Positions 21,518-32,688 of a stretch of DNA of 64,000 nt are shown one piece after another. Within the stretch, counting starts at the first letter, position 1, and every line of letters begins with the position of its first letter. A program made the translations under genes and the position numbers. The stretch covers positions 524,349 to 588,348 of the forward strand of contig JBIKVZ010000002.1 in NCBI GenBank assembly GCA_044356525.1, read 5' to 3'. The notes beneath the pieces are model-generated. The model was not told the DNA's origin. It saw nothing but the letters and a program-made list of their open reading frames with translations, and did no database searches. This DNA is from Rickettsiales bacterium (GTDB taxonomy: Bacteria; Pseudomonadota; Alphaproteobacteria; Rickettsiales; RGZB01).

Positions 21518-22609
21518 TTATTTTGCTCGCTTTGCCTTTGCGCCTGCTTTTGGCTTTTCTGTATAGAGGCTGCTGGCAAGATATTGCTCGATGGCAAAGC
21601 GCACGAGCACTGCCACAATCGCCGCCAATGGCACAGCAATCAGCACGCCTAAGAAGCCGAACAGCGCACCGCCGGAGAGCAGCGCAAAAATAATCCATAC
21701 TGGATGGAGGCCTACTTTATCGCCCACCAGACGCGGCGTAATGAAATTGCCTTCCACAAATTGCCCCACAGCAAACACAGCCGCCACCATCAACACATGA
21801 GTGATGTCGTGCGTTTGGAAGAACGCCACCGAAAGCCCCAGCACCGTGCCCACCAGCATGCCCATGTAAGGAATGAAAGACAGTAGACCGGTCAGGATGC
21901 CAATCAGCACACCATAGCTTAAGCCAACTGCGCTCAGGCCCGTGGCATAAAAAATGGCGAGCAGCATGCATACGTTCGTCTGCCCACGGATGAAGCCGGA
22001 GATGCCCCTATCCATCAAATGCAGTTGTTCACGAATGACTTTGGCAGACTTGCGCGGCAGCCAGCTGTCGATTTTGCTTTTGATATGGTCCCAGTCGCGC
22101 AGAATGTAAAACGCCACGATGGGGCTGATAAAAATAAGCGACACGATATTCAAAAACGCCATGCCGGATTTAAATACACCTGCTGCAAGATTCCCGCCAA
22201 TGCCCAGCGCTTGGGTGGCATAGCCTGTGGCAGATTCTTTGATTTTGCTGACGGCATTTTCATCTACGCCATCGATAATTTCCAGCACAAGTGGCGCGTA
22301 TTTATCGCTCGCCTCAGAAATGTAACCCGGAATATTCTTTGCAAGTGTGGTGAACTGCTCAACCATGATGGGCAAAATAAAGGCAAGAGCGCCAATAAAA
22401 ATGCCAGAAAACACCACCACAATCAGCAGCGCCGCAATGCCGCGTGAGATGCCGGAGGCTTCCATTTTATCTGCCAGAGGGTCAAGGAAATAGGCCAGTA
22501 AAATACCCACCACAAACGGCAGCAGCACATCGTTAATTGCGGCCACAAAATAGCCCGCCAACACCACAAGGCATACCCAGAAAAGCGCTTTAACGTAAAT
22601 CGATTGCAT
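21518..22609 (-). CDS. AI-2E family (PerM) transporter
   Basis: LLPFVVG...LAYFLDP, FYILRDW, FIRGQ, QFVEGNFITPRLVG...LHP, LIAVP. Confidence 0.9.
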   Translation of the reverse strand: MQSIYVKALFWVCLVVLAGYFVAAINDVLLPFVVGILLAYFLDPLADKMEASGISRGIAALLIVVVFSGIFIGALAFILPIMVEQFTTLAKNIPGYISEASDKYAPLVLEIIDGVDENAVSKIKESATGYATQALGIGGNLAAGVFKSGMAFLNIVSLIFISPIVAFYILRDWDHIKSKIDSWLPRKSAKVIREQLHLMDRGISGFIRGQTNVCMLLAIFYATGLSAVGLSYGVLIGILTGLLSFIPYMGMLVGTVLGLSVAFFQTHDITHVLMVAAVFAVGQFVEGNFITPRLVGDKVGLHPVWIIFALLSGGALFGFLGVLIAVPLAAIVAVLVRFAIEQYLASSLYTEKPKAGAKAKRAK

Positions 22610-22621
22610 GGTTTCCTCTTT

Positions 22622-23719
22622 TTATTTTGGCGTGAGCCACCACTGGCCATCTTTGTTATTTTTAAGCACATAGCCCGACTGGTGCAAGAAATAGGTGAGC
22701 GTGGAGAAATCCCCCTGATAGGTGAGAGTTGCCCGCGCGCGATTGCTGGCAATATTTTCCACGCGCATGGCCTTCACACCCTGCACTTTTGTAATATCTT
22801 TTTTAAGGCGGTGCCATTGGGCGATGTTATTGATGGGAATATCCACCGTAATCTGCTGCTCGTCTTTGCTTTCGCCGCTTTGCTGGATGGCCGTATTTTT
22901 AAGGCTTTCTGCCACGCGGACAATGGCCTCTTTTGCCGAGCGCTCAAGCAGCACTTTCTTATCCATGCCGACCTGCCCGTTATACGTGTGTTTGGAGCGG
23001 TCTAAAATCGTTTCTTTCTGCACCACACGCAGGATTACTTCCAGCGTTGGCCTTTTTGTTACTGGCTCTTCTTCATACACGGCCTCGGCAATCAGCACCC
23101 TTCCGGCATCGTATTTCTTTGCCAGCTTGGAAAGCGCAGAAAACTGACCAGAAAAAGCGTCTTCTACCCCCACCAAGGTAATGTCTTCCAGGTCACCCAG
23201 CGGTACAACCAGCGGCAATGTTTTCTGCGTGGAGGAAGCCTTTGCCCAGGCATCGCGCCAGATGTTTGCCTTTTCCCACAGCAGCACTTCGCTTCCTTTT
23301 TGGAAAATCGGTAACACCAACACCGAGGGGCTAACATTTTCAACAAACGTTACACCGAGGCCGTTTAAAAACCCTTCCACCTTTTTGCGGTCGAAAGTAA
23401 CCGTAAAGCTGGCTTTATAGGTTTTTTCACCCACTTTTTCGTCTGCCACCTCATACCCGGCGACCAGATTGCTAATACCCTGTGACGAAAGGTCTGGGAT
23501 ACGGCTACGGTCCTGCGGCAGGGTGATGCTCTCCAAAAGCTGCTTGAACGCGGCTTCCTGCGCTGCCTCAAGCGCCTCAACCCGCGAAAGCTCAGAATTG
23601 GCGGCTGAGCGCGAAATTTCGACCTGTTTGATGGTAAAATTTTCCTGAGCGTGGGCGGAAAGCGGCCAAATGCCGGAAAGGCATAGGAATATGGCGAAAA
23701 AGATTTTTAAACCCTGCAT
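22622..23719 (-). CDS. DUF2066-like exported protein
   Basis: Signal peptide (AHA-Q), VVPLGDLED motif, conserved position divergent from purM in alphaproteobacteria. Confidence 0.7.
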   Translation of the reverse strand: MQGLKIFFAIFLCLSGIWPLSAHAQENFTIKQVEISRSAANSELSRVEALEAAQEAAFKQLLESITLPQDRSRIPDLSSQGISNLVAGYEVADEKVGEKTYKASFTVTFDRKKVEGFLNGLGVTFVENVSPSVLVLPIFQKGSEVLLWEKANIWRDAWAKASSTQKTLPLVVPLGDLEDITLVGVEDAFSGQFSALSKLAKKYDAGRVLIAEAVYEEEPVTKRPTLEVILRVVQKETILDRSKHTYNGQVGMDKKVLLERSAKEAIVRVAESLKNTAIQQSGESKDEQQITVDIPINNIAQWHRLKKDITKVQGVKAMRVENIASNRARATLTYQGDFSTLTYFLHQSGYVLKNNKDGQWWLTPK

Positions 23720-23821
23720 ATTGCACCCTTGTGCTTACGGCTAATTCGCACTAATGTATGCGCCGCTAGGAAGTTATAAAGTGATTGCTTCCATGTTTCT
23801 ACCCTAATCTGGAACAAATCT

Positions 23822-24877
23822 GTGGCAAAGAAAAACAGCAAAACCACCTATGCCAAGGCAGGTGTGAATATCGACGAAGGCAACCGCCTTGTTGACCTGA
23901 TTAAACCCTTCGCCCGCGCCACGCGCCGCAAAGGCGCCGACGCCGACCTTGGCGGATTTGGCGGATTGTTTGACCTGAAGCCCCTCAATTATAAAGACCC
24001 CGTGCTGGTTTCTTCCACCGACGGTGTGGGCACCAAACTGAAGCTGGCCATTAGCCTGAATAAACATGACACTATTGGTATCGACCTTGTGGCCATGTGC
24101 GTGAATGATTTGATTGTGCAGGGTGCAGAGCCGCTCTTTTTCCTCGATTATTTTGCTACCGGAAAACTCAATGCCGACAACGCCGCGCAGGTAATTAAAG
24201 GCATCGCCGACGGCTGTAAGCAAGCAGGCTGCGCGCTTGTGGGCGGTGAAACCGCCGAAATGCCCGGTATCTACAGTGCCGATGAATATGACCTTGCCGG
24301 ATTTTCTGTCGGCATCGTGGAACGCAAAAACATCCTGCCGAAAAAAGGCGTGAAAGCGGGCGACGTGCTGCTAGGCCTGCCCTCAAGCGGCGTGCATTCC
24401 AACGGTTACTCGCTGGTGCGTTATATTTTAAGCACGCAAGGCCTGACCTATAACGACAAAGCGCCGTTTGACACCAAGCGCACACTGGGACAAGTGCTGC
24501 TCACCCCGACGATTATTTATGTAAAAGCCTGCCAGCCTGCGATTAAAGCAGGGGTGATAAAAGCCATGGCGCACATCACGGGTGGTGGCATTACCGAAAA
24601 CCTGCCGCGCGTACTGCCGAAAAATGTATCGGCGGAAGTGGACCTTAGCGCATGGAAACAATCCGCCCTGTTCAAGTGGCTTGCCAAAGCAGGCGGCGTA
24701 GAAAACAGCGAAATGCTGAAAACATTCAATTGCGGCATCGGTATGATTATCGTGGTCGATAAAAAAGACGCCGCAAAAGCCAAAAAATTACTCAAAGGCG
24801 CGGTGGAGCTTGGCAAAATTACCGCCAAAAAATCCAACCGCGTGGTGTATAAAAATACTGGGCAGTTTTTGAAGTAA
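23822..24877 (+). CDS. purM: Phosphoribosylformylglycinamidine cyclo-ligase
   Basis: [54 protein letters not shown]. Confidence 0.98.
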   Translation: MAKKNSKTTYAKAGVNIDEGNRLVDLIKPFARATRRKGADADLGGFGGLFDLKPLNYKDPVLVSSTDGVGTKLKLAISLNKHDTIGIDLVAMCVNDLIVQGAEPLFFLDYFATGKLNADNAAQVIKGIADGCKQAGCALVGGETAEMPGIYSADEYDLAGFSVGIVERKNILPKKGVKAGDVLLGLPSSGVHSNGYSLVRYILSTQGLTYNDKAPFDTKRTLGQVLLTPTIIYVKACQPAIKAGVIKAMAHITGGGITENLPRVLPKNVSAEVDLSAWKQSALFKWLAKAGGVENSEMLKTFNCGIGMIIVVDKKDAAKAKKLLKGAVELGKITAKKSNRVVYKNTGQFLK

Positions 24878-24880
24878 AGC

Positions 24881-25525
24881 ATGGCAAAACTACTGAAAGT
24901 AGCAGCGCTGATTTCTGGCAGGGGAAGTAACCTACAGGCGCTGATTGATGCCGCTAAACAGCCTGACTACCCCGCCGAAATCGTTGCCGTTATCTCAAAC
25001 AAAGCCGATGCCAAGGGGCTCGACCGCGCCAAGGCGGCAGGCATTAAAACCCATGTGGTGAATCATAAAGAGTTTGACGGGCGTGACGCATTTGACGCCG
25101 CCTTGCATGAAACGATTGTGAAAAGCGGCGCAAATTTCGTGTGCCTTGCGGGCTTCATGCGCTTACTCACCCCCGGCTTCGTGCGCAAATGGGAAGGCAA
25201 AATGATTAACATTCACCCTTCGTTGCTGCCCGCTTTTAAAGGCGCGCATGCCCATGAAGACGTGATTAAAAGCGGCGTGAAGCTGAGCGGCTGCACAGTG
25301 CATTTCGTGGTGCCGGAAATGGATGCAGGCCCGATTATTATGCAAGCCGCCGTGCCGGTGCTGAATGGCGACACCGCTGAAACCCTCGCCGCACGCGTGC
25401 TGGAAGTGGAGCACAAAACCGTGCCGGCTGCGCTGAAGCTGATTGCCGAAGGCAAGGTAAAGGCAGACGGAAAAGTCGCCACAAACACAAAGGCCGGTGG
25501 CTTTTTAATCAGCCCCGGCCTTTAG
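24881..25525 (+). CDS. purN: Phosphoribosylglycinamide formyltransferase
   Basis: LISGRGSNLQAL, LAGFMRLL, NIHPSLLP, GCTVHFV, DAGPII. Confidence 0.97.
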   Translation: MAKLLKVAALISGRGSNLQALIDAAKQPDYPAEIVAVISNKADAKGLDRAKAAGIKTHVVNHKEFDGRDAFDAALHETIVKSGANFVCLAGFMRLLTPGFVRKWEGKMINIHPSLLPAFKGAHAHEDVIKSGVKLSGCTVHFVVPEMDAGPIIMQAAVPVLNGDTAETLAARVLEVEHKTVPAALKLIAEGKVKADGKVATNTKAGGFLISPGL

Positions 25526-25549
25526 TATTCTTAAAATCTGTTTAGCTAA

Positions 25550-25972
25550 CTAGCCAACGATTTCGATTTCGCTGAAGAAGAATGCCACTTCGCCGCGAGC
25601 CGTTTCAGGCGCATCAGAACCGTGTACGCAGTTTTCGCCAATGCTGTCAGCAAAGTCAGCGCGAATCGTGCCTTTGTCGGCTTTTTTCGGGTCTGTTGCA
25701 CCCATGATTTCGCGGTTCTTCGCGATGGCGTTATCGCCTTCAAGCACCTGCACCACCACTGGGCCAGACACCATGAATTCTACCAGTTCGTCAAAGAAGG
25801 GGCGCTCTTTGTGCACCGCATAAAACAGGCGTGCTTCGCGACGGCTTAAAAAAACGCGCTTCTGCGCTACAATGCGCAGGCCTTTTTCTTCAAAGCGTGC
25901 ATTGATTTTGCCAGTGATGTTCTTTTTGGTCGCATCCGGCTTAATGATAGAAAGCGTACGTTCGATCGCCAT
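25550..25972 (-). CDS. ndk: Nucleoside diphosphate kinase
   Basis: [33 protein letters not shown]. Confidence 0.98.
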   Translation of the reverse strand: MAIERTLSIIKPDATKKNITGKINARFEEKGLRIVAQKRVFLSRREARLFYAVHKERPFFDELVEFMVSGPVVVQVLEGDNAIAKNREIMGATDPKKADKGTIRADFADSIGENCVHGSDAPETARGEVAFFFSEIEIVG

Positions 25973-26068
25973 GGGGGATATCCGTTCTTTATTAACCTAA
26001 AATTGTGGAGCGAATTTAACCATTTAACTACAGTTTGCAACAAAAAAGTGTAAACTGGCGGGAAGGCT

Positions 26069-26518
26069 CTAGGCCGCCTCTTCCCAACCGCCTTTTTCAT
26101 TCTGGCGGAAATACTTGGTTTTCAGCCCCTGCTGTTTGTATTTTGCCCAACGGGCGCGGGCTGCAGCAAGCTGAATTTCATCCCGCCCATCGAACACATC
26201 CAGCACGCGGGAAAATTGCGGCAAAAAGGCAGGCTCCTGCCCATCCACCAGCACCAGCATTTCGGCCTTGTTGGGGTTTTCTTCCTTTTGGGTAAGAAAA
26301 ATCGGCTGCTTTTCGGCCTGACCATCTTTTTCCGTGCCGTGCGGCAGGAATTTGGGCGAGCTATACGTCCACAGAACATTATCGAGCGTTCTGAGCTTGG
26401 CTTCTTCTTTCACTAGCACAAGGCCACGCTTGCCGCTGGCCAACACCTTCTCCATCAGCAGGGGAAGTGCTTTTTCCAGCGGCGTGCTCGTGAGGTGATA
26501 AAAGCTGACTTCTGCCAT
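26069..26518 (-). CDS. holC: DNA polymerase III chi subunit
   Basis: VSFYHL, LDNVLWTY...FLPHG, ARARWAKYK; pepA-holC synteny. Confidence 0.93.
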   Translation of the reverse strand: MAEVSFYHLTSTPLEKALPLLMEKVLASGKRGLVLVKEEAKLRTLDNVLWTYSSPKFLPHGTEKDGQAEKQPIFLTQKEENPNKAEMLVLVDGQEPAFLPQFSRVLDVFDGRDEIQLAAARARWAKYKQQGLKTKYFRQNEKGGWEEAA

Positions 26519-26520
26519 GG

Positions 26521-28008
26521 CTATTTCTCGTAATAATCGGCCACCAGCCTGTCGAGCAAGCGCACACCGAAACCGGTTGCACCTTCAGGAGTGGTGTCGA
26601 GATTCTTTTTCGTCCACGCCACACCGGCAATGTCCAGATGCGCCCACGCGGTTTTATTCACAAAGCGCTGGAGGAATTGCGCCGCGGTAATAGAGCCCGC
26701 GCCGCGCTCGTTGCCGATGTTCTGCATGTCCGCAATTTTGGAATCAATCTGGCGGTCATATGCGTCCGACAGCGGGAAGCGCCACAGTTTTTCGTTCACC
26801 TTTTCACCCGCTTTAATGAGGCGCTCGGACAACTCATCGTTATTTGAGAAGATACCAGCATATTCACTGCCGAGGGAGATAACAATCGCGCCTGTGAGGG
26901 TTGCAAGGTTCACCATGAATTTGGGTTTGAAGCGCCCTTGCGTGTACCACAGTGCATCGGCCAGCACGAGGCGACCCTCTGCATCCGTATTCAGCACTTC
27001 AATCGTTTGGCCGGACATCGACGTTACCACGTCGCTCGGGCGCTGCGCGGAACCAGATGGCATGTTTTCCACCAGACCAACCACACCCACGGCGTTTACT
27101 TTGGCTTTGCGGCCTGCCAGTGCGCGGATGGTGCCGACTACGGCAGCGGAACCGCCCATGTCGTATTTCATGTCTTCCATGCCGGTGGATGGCTTAATGG
27201 AAATACCACCCGTGTCGAACGTGACGCCTTTGCCCACAAACGCCAGCGGCGTTTTGCCCGCAGCACCACCGTTATATTGCATGATAACCATTTTAGATTC
27301 CTGCACACTGCCCTGCCCCACACCTAAGAGCGAGCCCATGCCCAGCTTCGTCATTTCCTTCACACCAAGAACTTCAACCTTCACGCCCAGCGGGGTGAGT
27401 TCTTTTTTGATGCGTTCGGCATAGGATGCAGGGTAAATGACGTTCGGCGGCTCAGTGACCACGTCACGCGCGAGGAACACGCCTGCACGCACTTTGTCAA
27501 GCTTCGCGAACAGGCCGGAGGCCTTTTGGCTATCCTGTGCCGCTACCGTGATTTTTTTGAGCGACGGTTTTTTGTCGTCTTCCATTTTGGTGAAGTATTT
27601 GTCGAAGCGGTAGCTTTTCAGCGCCGCGCCATAGGCCACATGCGCTGCAACGTCCGCCGCTTTCAGTTTTTTGGAGGAGGCTTCCGCCACCACCGTGGCA
27701 GATTCTGCACGCAGCGCGTTCAGCAGCGGCACAACCGCACCGCCCACCGCCTGCGCCGAAAGTTCATCGATATCGGCTTCTTTGCCAAGCCCTGCAACCA
27801 CAACAGCATCAAGCCCTGCAGCGGCCAGCACCGTGACGGTTTTACCTTTTTTGCCTTTGAATTTTGCTGCCTTGATGGCCTTTTTAATGGCACCGCCTGC
27901 TTTTTTATCCAATGCCTCTGCCGTGGGAGAAAGCTTTAAGGATTCCCCAACCAGAACAACCGCAACAGCTTTTGACGGAAGTGTTGGCTTTGAAAATTGG
28001 ATTTCCAT
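26521..28008 (-). CDS. pepA: Leucyl aminopeptidase (M17)
   Basis: VGKGVTFDTGGISIK, MKYDMGG, NTDAEGRLVLAD, ATLTGA, HLDIAG. Confidence 0.97.
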   Translation of the reverse strand: MEIQFSKPTLPSKAVAVVLVGESLKLSPTAEALDKKAGGAIKKAIKAAKFKGKKGKTVTVLAAAGLDAVVVAGLGKEADIDELSAQAVGGAVVPLLNALRAESATVVAEASSKKLKAADVAAHVAYGAALKSYRFDKYFTKMEDDKKPSLKKITVAAQDSQKASGLFAKLDKVRAGVFLARDVVTEPPNVIYPASYAERIKKELTPLGVKVEVLGVKEMTKLGMGSLLGVGQGSVQESKMVIMQYNGGAAGKTPLAFVGKGVTFDTGGISIKPSTGMEDMKYDMGGSAAVVGTIRALAGRKAKVNAVGVVGLVENMPSGSAQRPSDVVTSMSGQTIEVLNTDAEGRLVLADALWYTQGRFKPKFMVNLATLTGAIVISLGSEYAGIFSNNDELSERLIKAGEKVNEKLWRFPLSDAYDRQIDSKIADMQNIGNERGAGSITAAQFLQRFVNKTAWAHLDIAGVAWTKKNLDTTPEGATGFGVRLLDRLVADYYEK

Positions 28009-28027
28009 AGTATATAACCTCATTAAA

Positions 28028-28043
28028 GTTAAGCAGGGTTTAA
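28028..28043 (-). promoter_or_regulatory. CtrA-binding site between divergent pepA and lptF
   Basis: Minus strand reads TTAA-ACCCTGC-TTAAC, a perfect consensus. Confidence 0.6.
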
Positions 28044-28108
28044 GTTACAAAGGCACAGTAAATGATGTATAGATGCCACGTGCCAGAATCAAGACAGAAT
28101 ATGAAGTG

Positions 28109-29242
28109 ATGCGCAATATCCTGAAACACTATGTTCGCTATGTTGCCAGCCGGATACTCGGCCCCTTCGTGCTGATTAGCCTTTCCATCACCTGCATCAT
28201 TTGGCTCACGCAGTCACTGCGCTTTATTGACCTTATCATCAATCGCGGTCTGAACGTAACAAGCTTCTTATATCTTTCGGTACTGCTCATACCCTCGCTG
28301 CTGGCGGTGGTTATTCCCGTTGCGCTGGTGGTGAGTATCGTCCACGCCTACAACAAACTATCTGTAGAAAGTGAACTCGTGGCGCTGAAAAGCGCCGGAC
28401 TTTCCAAATTAGAAATTATCAAACCCGCGCTGATGATAGCAGTACTTGCCACATGCATCAGTTATTCCATTACGCTCTATGTGCAACCTACTTCGTACCG
28501 CGAATTTAAAGACATGCAGGCTTTCATCCGCGACAATTATGCCTCGCTGTTGCTACAAGAAGGCGTTTTCAATACGCCGATTAAGGGGCTTACGGTTTAC
28601 ATCCGCGAATCCGGCGACAATGGTATGATGAAGGGACTCTTGGTGCACGATAACCGTGATCTCACGAAACCCATCACCATGATGGCAGAAGAAGGCCAAC
28701 TGATTCGTGCCACAGGCGGACCACGCTTTATTCTTATCAATGGTAACCGTCAGGAAGTAGACCGCAAGAACGGGCAGCTCTCGCTGCTCTATTTTGAACG
28801 CTACGCGCTCGACCTCAGCAGCTTTGCCGGCACCACGCAGGTGCGCTGGCGCGAGCCGGACGAACGTTACCTCGATGAATTATTCTGGCCGCGCGACGAT
28901 ACCGCCTCGCAATTTTTGCCCAAGCTGCGCGCCGAAGGCCACAACCGCCTGACATGGCCACTTTATAATATGTTGATGGCTTTGGCAGCGCTGCTGCCGT
29001 TCACGCTGGGTGAGTTCAACCGCCGTGGCTTAAACCGCCGTATTCTTGTTTCCACAGGCCTTGTGGTGGGGCTTTTAACCTTAGGGCTTTCGATGAAAAA
29101 CATGGCATCAAATAACCCAGCCGTTATTCCTGCAATGTATCTAGTTATTTTTGCTACGAGCGGCTCCATGCTGTTCTTCATGTTGCGCAATGCGCGTAAA
29201 AAAAGGTGGTTCATACGCAACAATAAAGGCATAGCATCATGA
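28109..29242 (+). CDS. lptF: LPS export ABC transporter permease LptF
   Basis: WLTQSLRFIDL, ESELVALKSAGLS, EGVFN; lptF-lptG-lptD order. Alternative start at 28073. Confidence 0.92.
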   Translation: MRNILKHYVRYVASRILGPFVLISLSITCIIWLTQSLRFIDLIINRGLNVTSFLYLSVLLIPSLLAVVIPVALVVSIVHAYNKLSVESELVALKSAGLSKLEIIKPALMIAVLATCISYSITLYVQPTSYREFKDMQAFIRDNYASLLLQEGVFNTPIKGLTVYIRESGDNGMMKGLLVHDNRDLTKPITMMAEEGQLIRATGGPRFILINGNRQEVDRKNGQLSLLYFERYALDLSSFAGTTQVRWREPDERYLDELFWPRDDTASQFLPKLRAEGHNRLTWPLYNMLMALAALLPFTLGEFNRRGLNRRILVSTGLVVGLLTLGLSMKNMASNNPAVIPAMYLVIFATSGSMLFFMLRNARKKRWFIRNNKGIAS

Positions 29243-30351
29243 GGCTTCCTTTCACGTTGTCATATTACATTGTTCGGCAATTCTTACAGAGCACGCTGAT
29301 GATTCTCGGTGTATTCGTGGGTCTTATTATCCTGATTGATTCCGCCGAGGTGTTGCGCCGTTCCTATAATAAGAACATCTCCTTCCTTATCATGATGGAA
29401 ATGGTGCTGCTGAAATTCCCCTCGCTGGTGCAAAAGCTCACGCCATTTATTATGCTTGTGAGCGCGGTGATTACCCTTTCCCGCCTCACGCGCAACCAAG
29501 AACTTATCATCGCCCGCGCAGCCGGTGTTTCTGTGTGGCAATTTTTAGCACCTGTGGTATGTGCGGCAGCTGCTATCGGCGTGTTTATGGTAACAGTGTT
29601 TAACCCGCTCGCCTGCGTGATGCTGTCTAAAAATGAGCGACTGGAAAGCAAATACCTAAAAGGGCAAATCAGCTCGCTGGCGGTTTCATCCTCCGGCTTA
29701 TGGCTGCGGCAAAAGAATAGTTCGGGTGCGCCGGGCGGCGACACAGGGGAAAGCATTATTCATGCACTACACGCAGGGCAGAATGACGGAGAGCTGCATG
29801 AAGTAACGATTTTTGTTTTTGCCGATAAAGACAAGTTCGTTCAGCGTATTGATGCCAGCCGCGCCAAACTCGCCCATGATTTTTGGCAGTTGCATGATGT
29901 GATTATCACTTACCCCGACAAGCCTGCCCAGCACGTGCCAGAATTTTTCCTTGAAACCGAACTGACGCTCGCGCAGATTCACGACAGCTTCTCACCGCCG
30001 GAAACCATTTCATTCTGGGCGCTTCCCACCTTCATCGAAACACTAAAGGAAGCAGGTTTCTCGGCACTGCGCCACCGTTTGCACTGGCACTCCATTCTGG
30101 TCAGCCCACTGTTTTATGCAGCCATGGTGCTGGTGGCCGCCATCTTCTCGATGCGCCCGCAACGCCAAGGCAAACACGCGCTGATGATTACACTCAGCGT
30201 GTTCACTGCATTCTTAATCTATTTCTTTAATGACCTTATCGGAGCCTTTGGTCTTTCAGGAAAATTACCGATTATTGTTGCCGCTTGGGTACCAGTATCT
30301 GCGGTGCTACTGGCAAGTGTTGCTACTTTGCTCCATCTTGAAGATGGCTAA
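29239..30351 (+). CDS. lptG: LPS export ABC transporter permease LptG
   Basis: QELIIARAAGVSVWQFL, GLWLRQ, PETISFWALP, C-terminal LLHLEDG. Confidence 0.93.
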   Translation: MRLPFTLSYYIVRQFLQSTLMILGVFVGLIILIDSAEVLRRSYNKNISFLIMMEMVLLKFPSLVQKLTPFIMLVSAVITLSRLTRNQELIIARAAGVSVWQFLAPVVCAAAAIGVFMVTVFNPLACVMLSKNERLESKYLKGQISSLAVSSSGLWLRQKNSSGAPGGDTGESIIHALHAGQNDGELHEVTIFVFADKDKFVQRIDASRAKLAHDFWQLHDVIITYPDKPAQHVPEFFLETELTLAQIHDSFSPPETISFWALPTFIETLKEAGFSALRHRLHWHSILVSPLFYAAMVLVAAIFSMRPQRQGKHALMITLSVFTAFLIYFFNDLIGAFGLSGKLPIIVAAWVPVSAVLLASVATLLHLEDG

Positions 30352-30452
30352 ACCCTGCTGCCTAAAAATGTAGCAATTATCTGGACTTACCCCTGTGTTT
30401 TGTTACACTTCTCATAGTGTCGTTTAGGTAAAACCACAGTGGCTTTTTTAGA

Positions 30453-32639
30453 GTGAAACAGGTAGTTCCTCCCCCAAGCCTTAAGGCTTTTTTATGCGCA
30501 AGCACAGTGCTGCTGGGCGCATTTTTTATTGCCCCCACTACCACCAACGCCGCTCTCAACAAGAATATCACCGTTTCTGACCAGCCCGTTACGATTGAGG
30601 CTGATGTGCTTTCCTATAACCCCGAACAGCAATTGGTGATGGCGCTGGGGAATGTGGAAATCGTGCAGCAAGGCCGCGTGTTGATAGCAGAAGAGCTGGC
30701 ATATGACCAGATTACTGGCATGGTGCTGGCTCGTGGCGATGTGAGCCTGATGGAGCCAGACGGCAACGTGTATTTCGCCGACGAGGTGGAATTGAAGGAT
30801 GACATGAAAAAAGGCATCATCCAAAACTTCAATGCACGCATGAAAGATGGCTCACTGCTTGCCTCAAACAGTGCCGAGCGCTTCAACAAAGACCTAATGC
30901 AATTGCGCGATGCGGTGTATAGCCCGTGCAAAATTTGCAGCAATGGCAAACCCAAAACACCCACCTGGCAGCTCAAAGCCGATGAAGTGACGCTGAATGA
31001 CGAAAAAGAACGCGTTTACTACAAAAACGCGACGATGGAATATTACGGCGTGCCGATTTTATACACCCCTTACCTTTCACACGCCGCACCAGGGGCTGAA
31101 CGCAAAAGCGGGTTTTTGATGCCAAGCTACAGCAGCATCAGCACACTGGGCGTAACCGCCAAGGTGCCGTATTACTGGAGCATTGAACCCAACATGGACG
31201 CCACCATTACCCCGTTCCTGACCAGTAACGAAGGGCCGGTAATGATTGGCGAATTCCGCCACCTGACCGACCAAGGCCAATATGAGCTGACCGGCAGCGT
31301 CACCAACCCCAAACAGCGTGATGAATTGGGCTTCCGCACAACCGGACGCGACCTGCGCGGCCACATCGAAGGCAAAGGCGAGTTCGCCCTAAAAGACGAC
31401 TTGGTGTGGGGCTTTAACGGCAAGCGCTCAACCGACGACACCTACTTGCAGCGTTATAAGTTCGGCAATGAGGACTTGTTAACCTCGCGCGCTTATGTGA
31501 ACCGCCTTACCGGACGCAATTACATCACGGCGGATGGCCTGACCTTCCAAGGCCTAAATGCCGATGACGACCCAGACACCACACCACTGGTGCTGCCGAT
31601 TGTTACCACCCACCATGAAACCGAAGCTGGCTGGCGTGGCTCACGCTTTATGCTGGATTCCAATTTAATGGCGTTGAGCCGCGGCGAAGGGATTGAAAGC
31701 CGCCGCGTGTCATTCAAGGGCGGCTGGAAGCTGCCCTATGTGACGAATAACGGCCATTCGTTTGAAGTACGCACCAGCCTGCGCGCGGATGGGTATCACG
31801 TGAGCGATGTACCAGACCCGATTGTGCCAACCGATGAACAGAACGGCACTGCCGGACGCGTGATTCCGGAAACGCAAGTGGAATGGAGCCTTCCGCTGGC
31901 AAAGTATTCTGAGAACTCGCACGTGTTCGTTGAACCCGTGGCAAATATTATTTTAAGCCCTCACGGTGGCAACCCGAATAAAATCCCGAACGAAGATAGC
32001 CAAGAAGTTGAGCTTTCCGACGTGAACCTATTCAGCAGCAACCACTTCACCGGTCTCGACAGGGTGGAAGGCGGCCCGCGCGCGAATTACGGGATGCGCG
32101 GCGGTGTATATGGCACCAACGGCAGCCGCATGAACTTCCTGCTCGGCCAAAGTTACCGCTTGAAGGAAGATGATCAGTTCCGCGAGGAATCTGGCCTTAA
32201 AGAGAATTTTTCTGACTATGTCGGCCGCGTGAGCTTTAAAAATGGACAGAATCTTGAGCTTTCCTACCGCTTCAGGCTCGACATGGAAGATTTTGACCCC
32301 CACCGCAACGAAATTGAAGCCGCGCTCGACTTCAGCCCCTTAAGGCTAACGGGTGCCTATGTGTTGTTAAGCGAAGATATCGCTGCGCGGCCTGAACTTG
32401 ACCGCGAGGAAATTGCGACATCCATTGCCTATGATTTGTCACAGGAATGGACGGTAAACGGTTACGCCCGCCGCGACCTTTCGGATGATGGCGGCTTGAT
32501 TTCCGCAGGTTCCGGCCTTGTCTTCCACAATGAATGCCTCTCGATTAGTGGCCAATTCGGTAGGGAATTCATCCGCGACCGCGATATTGAACCCTCGACC
32601 TTCTTCATGCTGGAAATCGGCTTTAAAAACTTGAACTAG
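30453..32639 (+). CDS. lptD: LPS-assembly protein LptD
   Basis: OstA-like N-terminal domain (IEAD, YSPCKIC), RKSGFLMP, IPNEDS, FTGLDRVEGG, FSDYVG; beta-barrel C-terminus. Confidence 0.93.
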   Translation: MKQVVPPPSLKAFLCASTVLLGAFFIAPTTTNAALNKNITVSDQPVTIEADVLSYNPEQQLVMALGNVEIVQQGRVLIAEELAYDQITGMVLARGDVSLMEPDGNVYFADEVELKDDMKKGIIQNFNARMKDGSLLASNSAERFNKDLMQLRDAVYSPCKICSNGKPKTPTWQLKADEVTLNDEKERVYYKNATMEYYGVPILYTPYLSHAAPGAERKSGFLMPSYSSISTLGVTAKVPYYWSIEPNMDATITPFLTSNEGPVMIGEFRHLTDQGQYELTGSVTNPKQRDELGFRTTGRDLRGHIEGKGEFALKDDLVWGFNGKRSTDDTYLQRYKFGNEDLLTSRAYVNRLTGRNYITADGLTFQGLNADDDPDTTPLVLPIVTTHHETEAGWRGSRFMLDSNLMALSRGEGIESRRVSFKGGWKLPYVTNNGHSFEVRTSLRADGYHVSDVPDPIVPTDEQNGTAGRVIPETQVEWSLPLAKYSENSHVFVEPVANIILSPHGGNPNKIPNEDSQEVELSDVNLFSSNHFTGLDRVEGGPRANYGMRGGVYGTNGSRMNFLLGQSYRLKEDDQFREESGLKENFSDYVGRVSFKNGQNLELSYRFRLDMEDFDPHRNEIEAALDFSPLRLTGAYVLLSEDIAARPELDREEIATSIAYDLSQEWTVNGYARRDLSDDGGLISAGSGLVFHNECLSISGQFGREFIRDRDIEPSTFFMLEIGFKNLN

Positions 32640-32688
32640 CGCCGTAAAGTAGTGTAATACTGGCAATGTTCAGTAGTTTAGATGGCGC

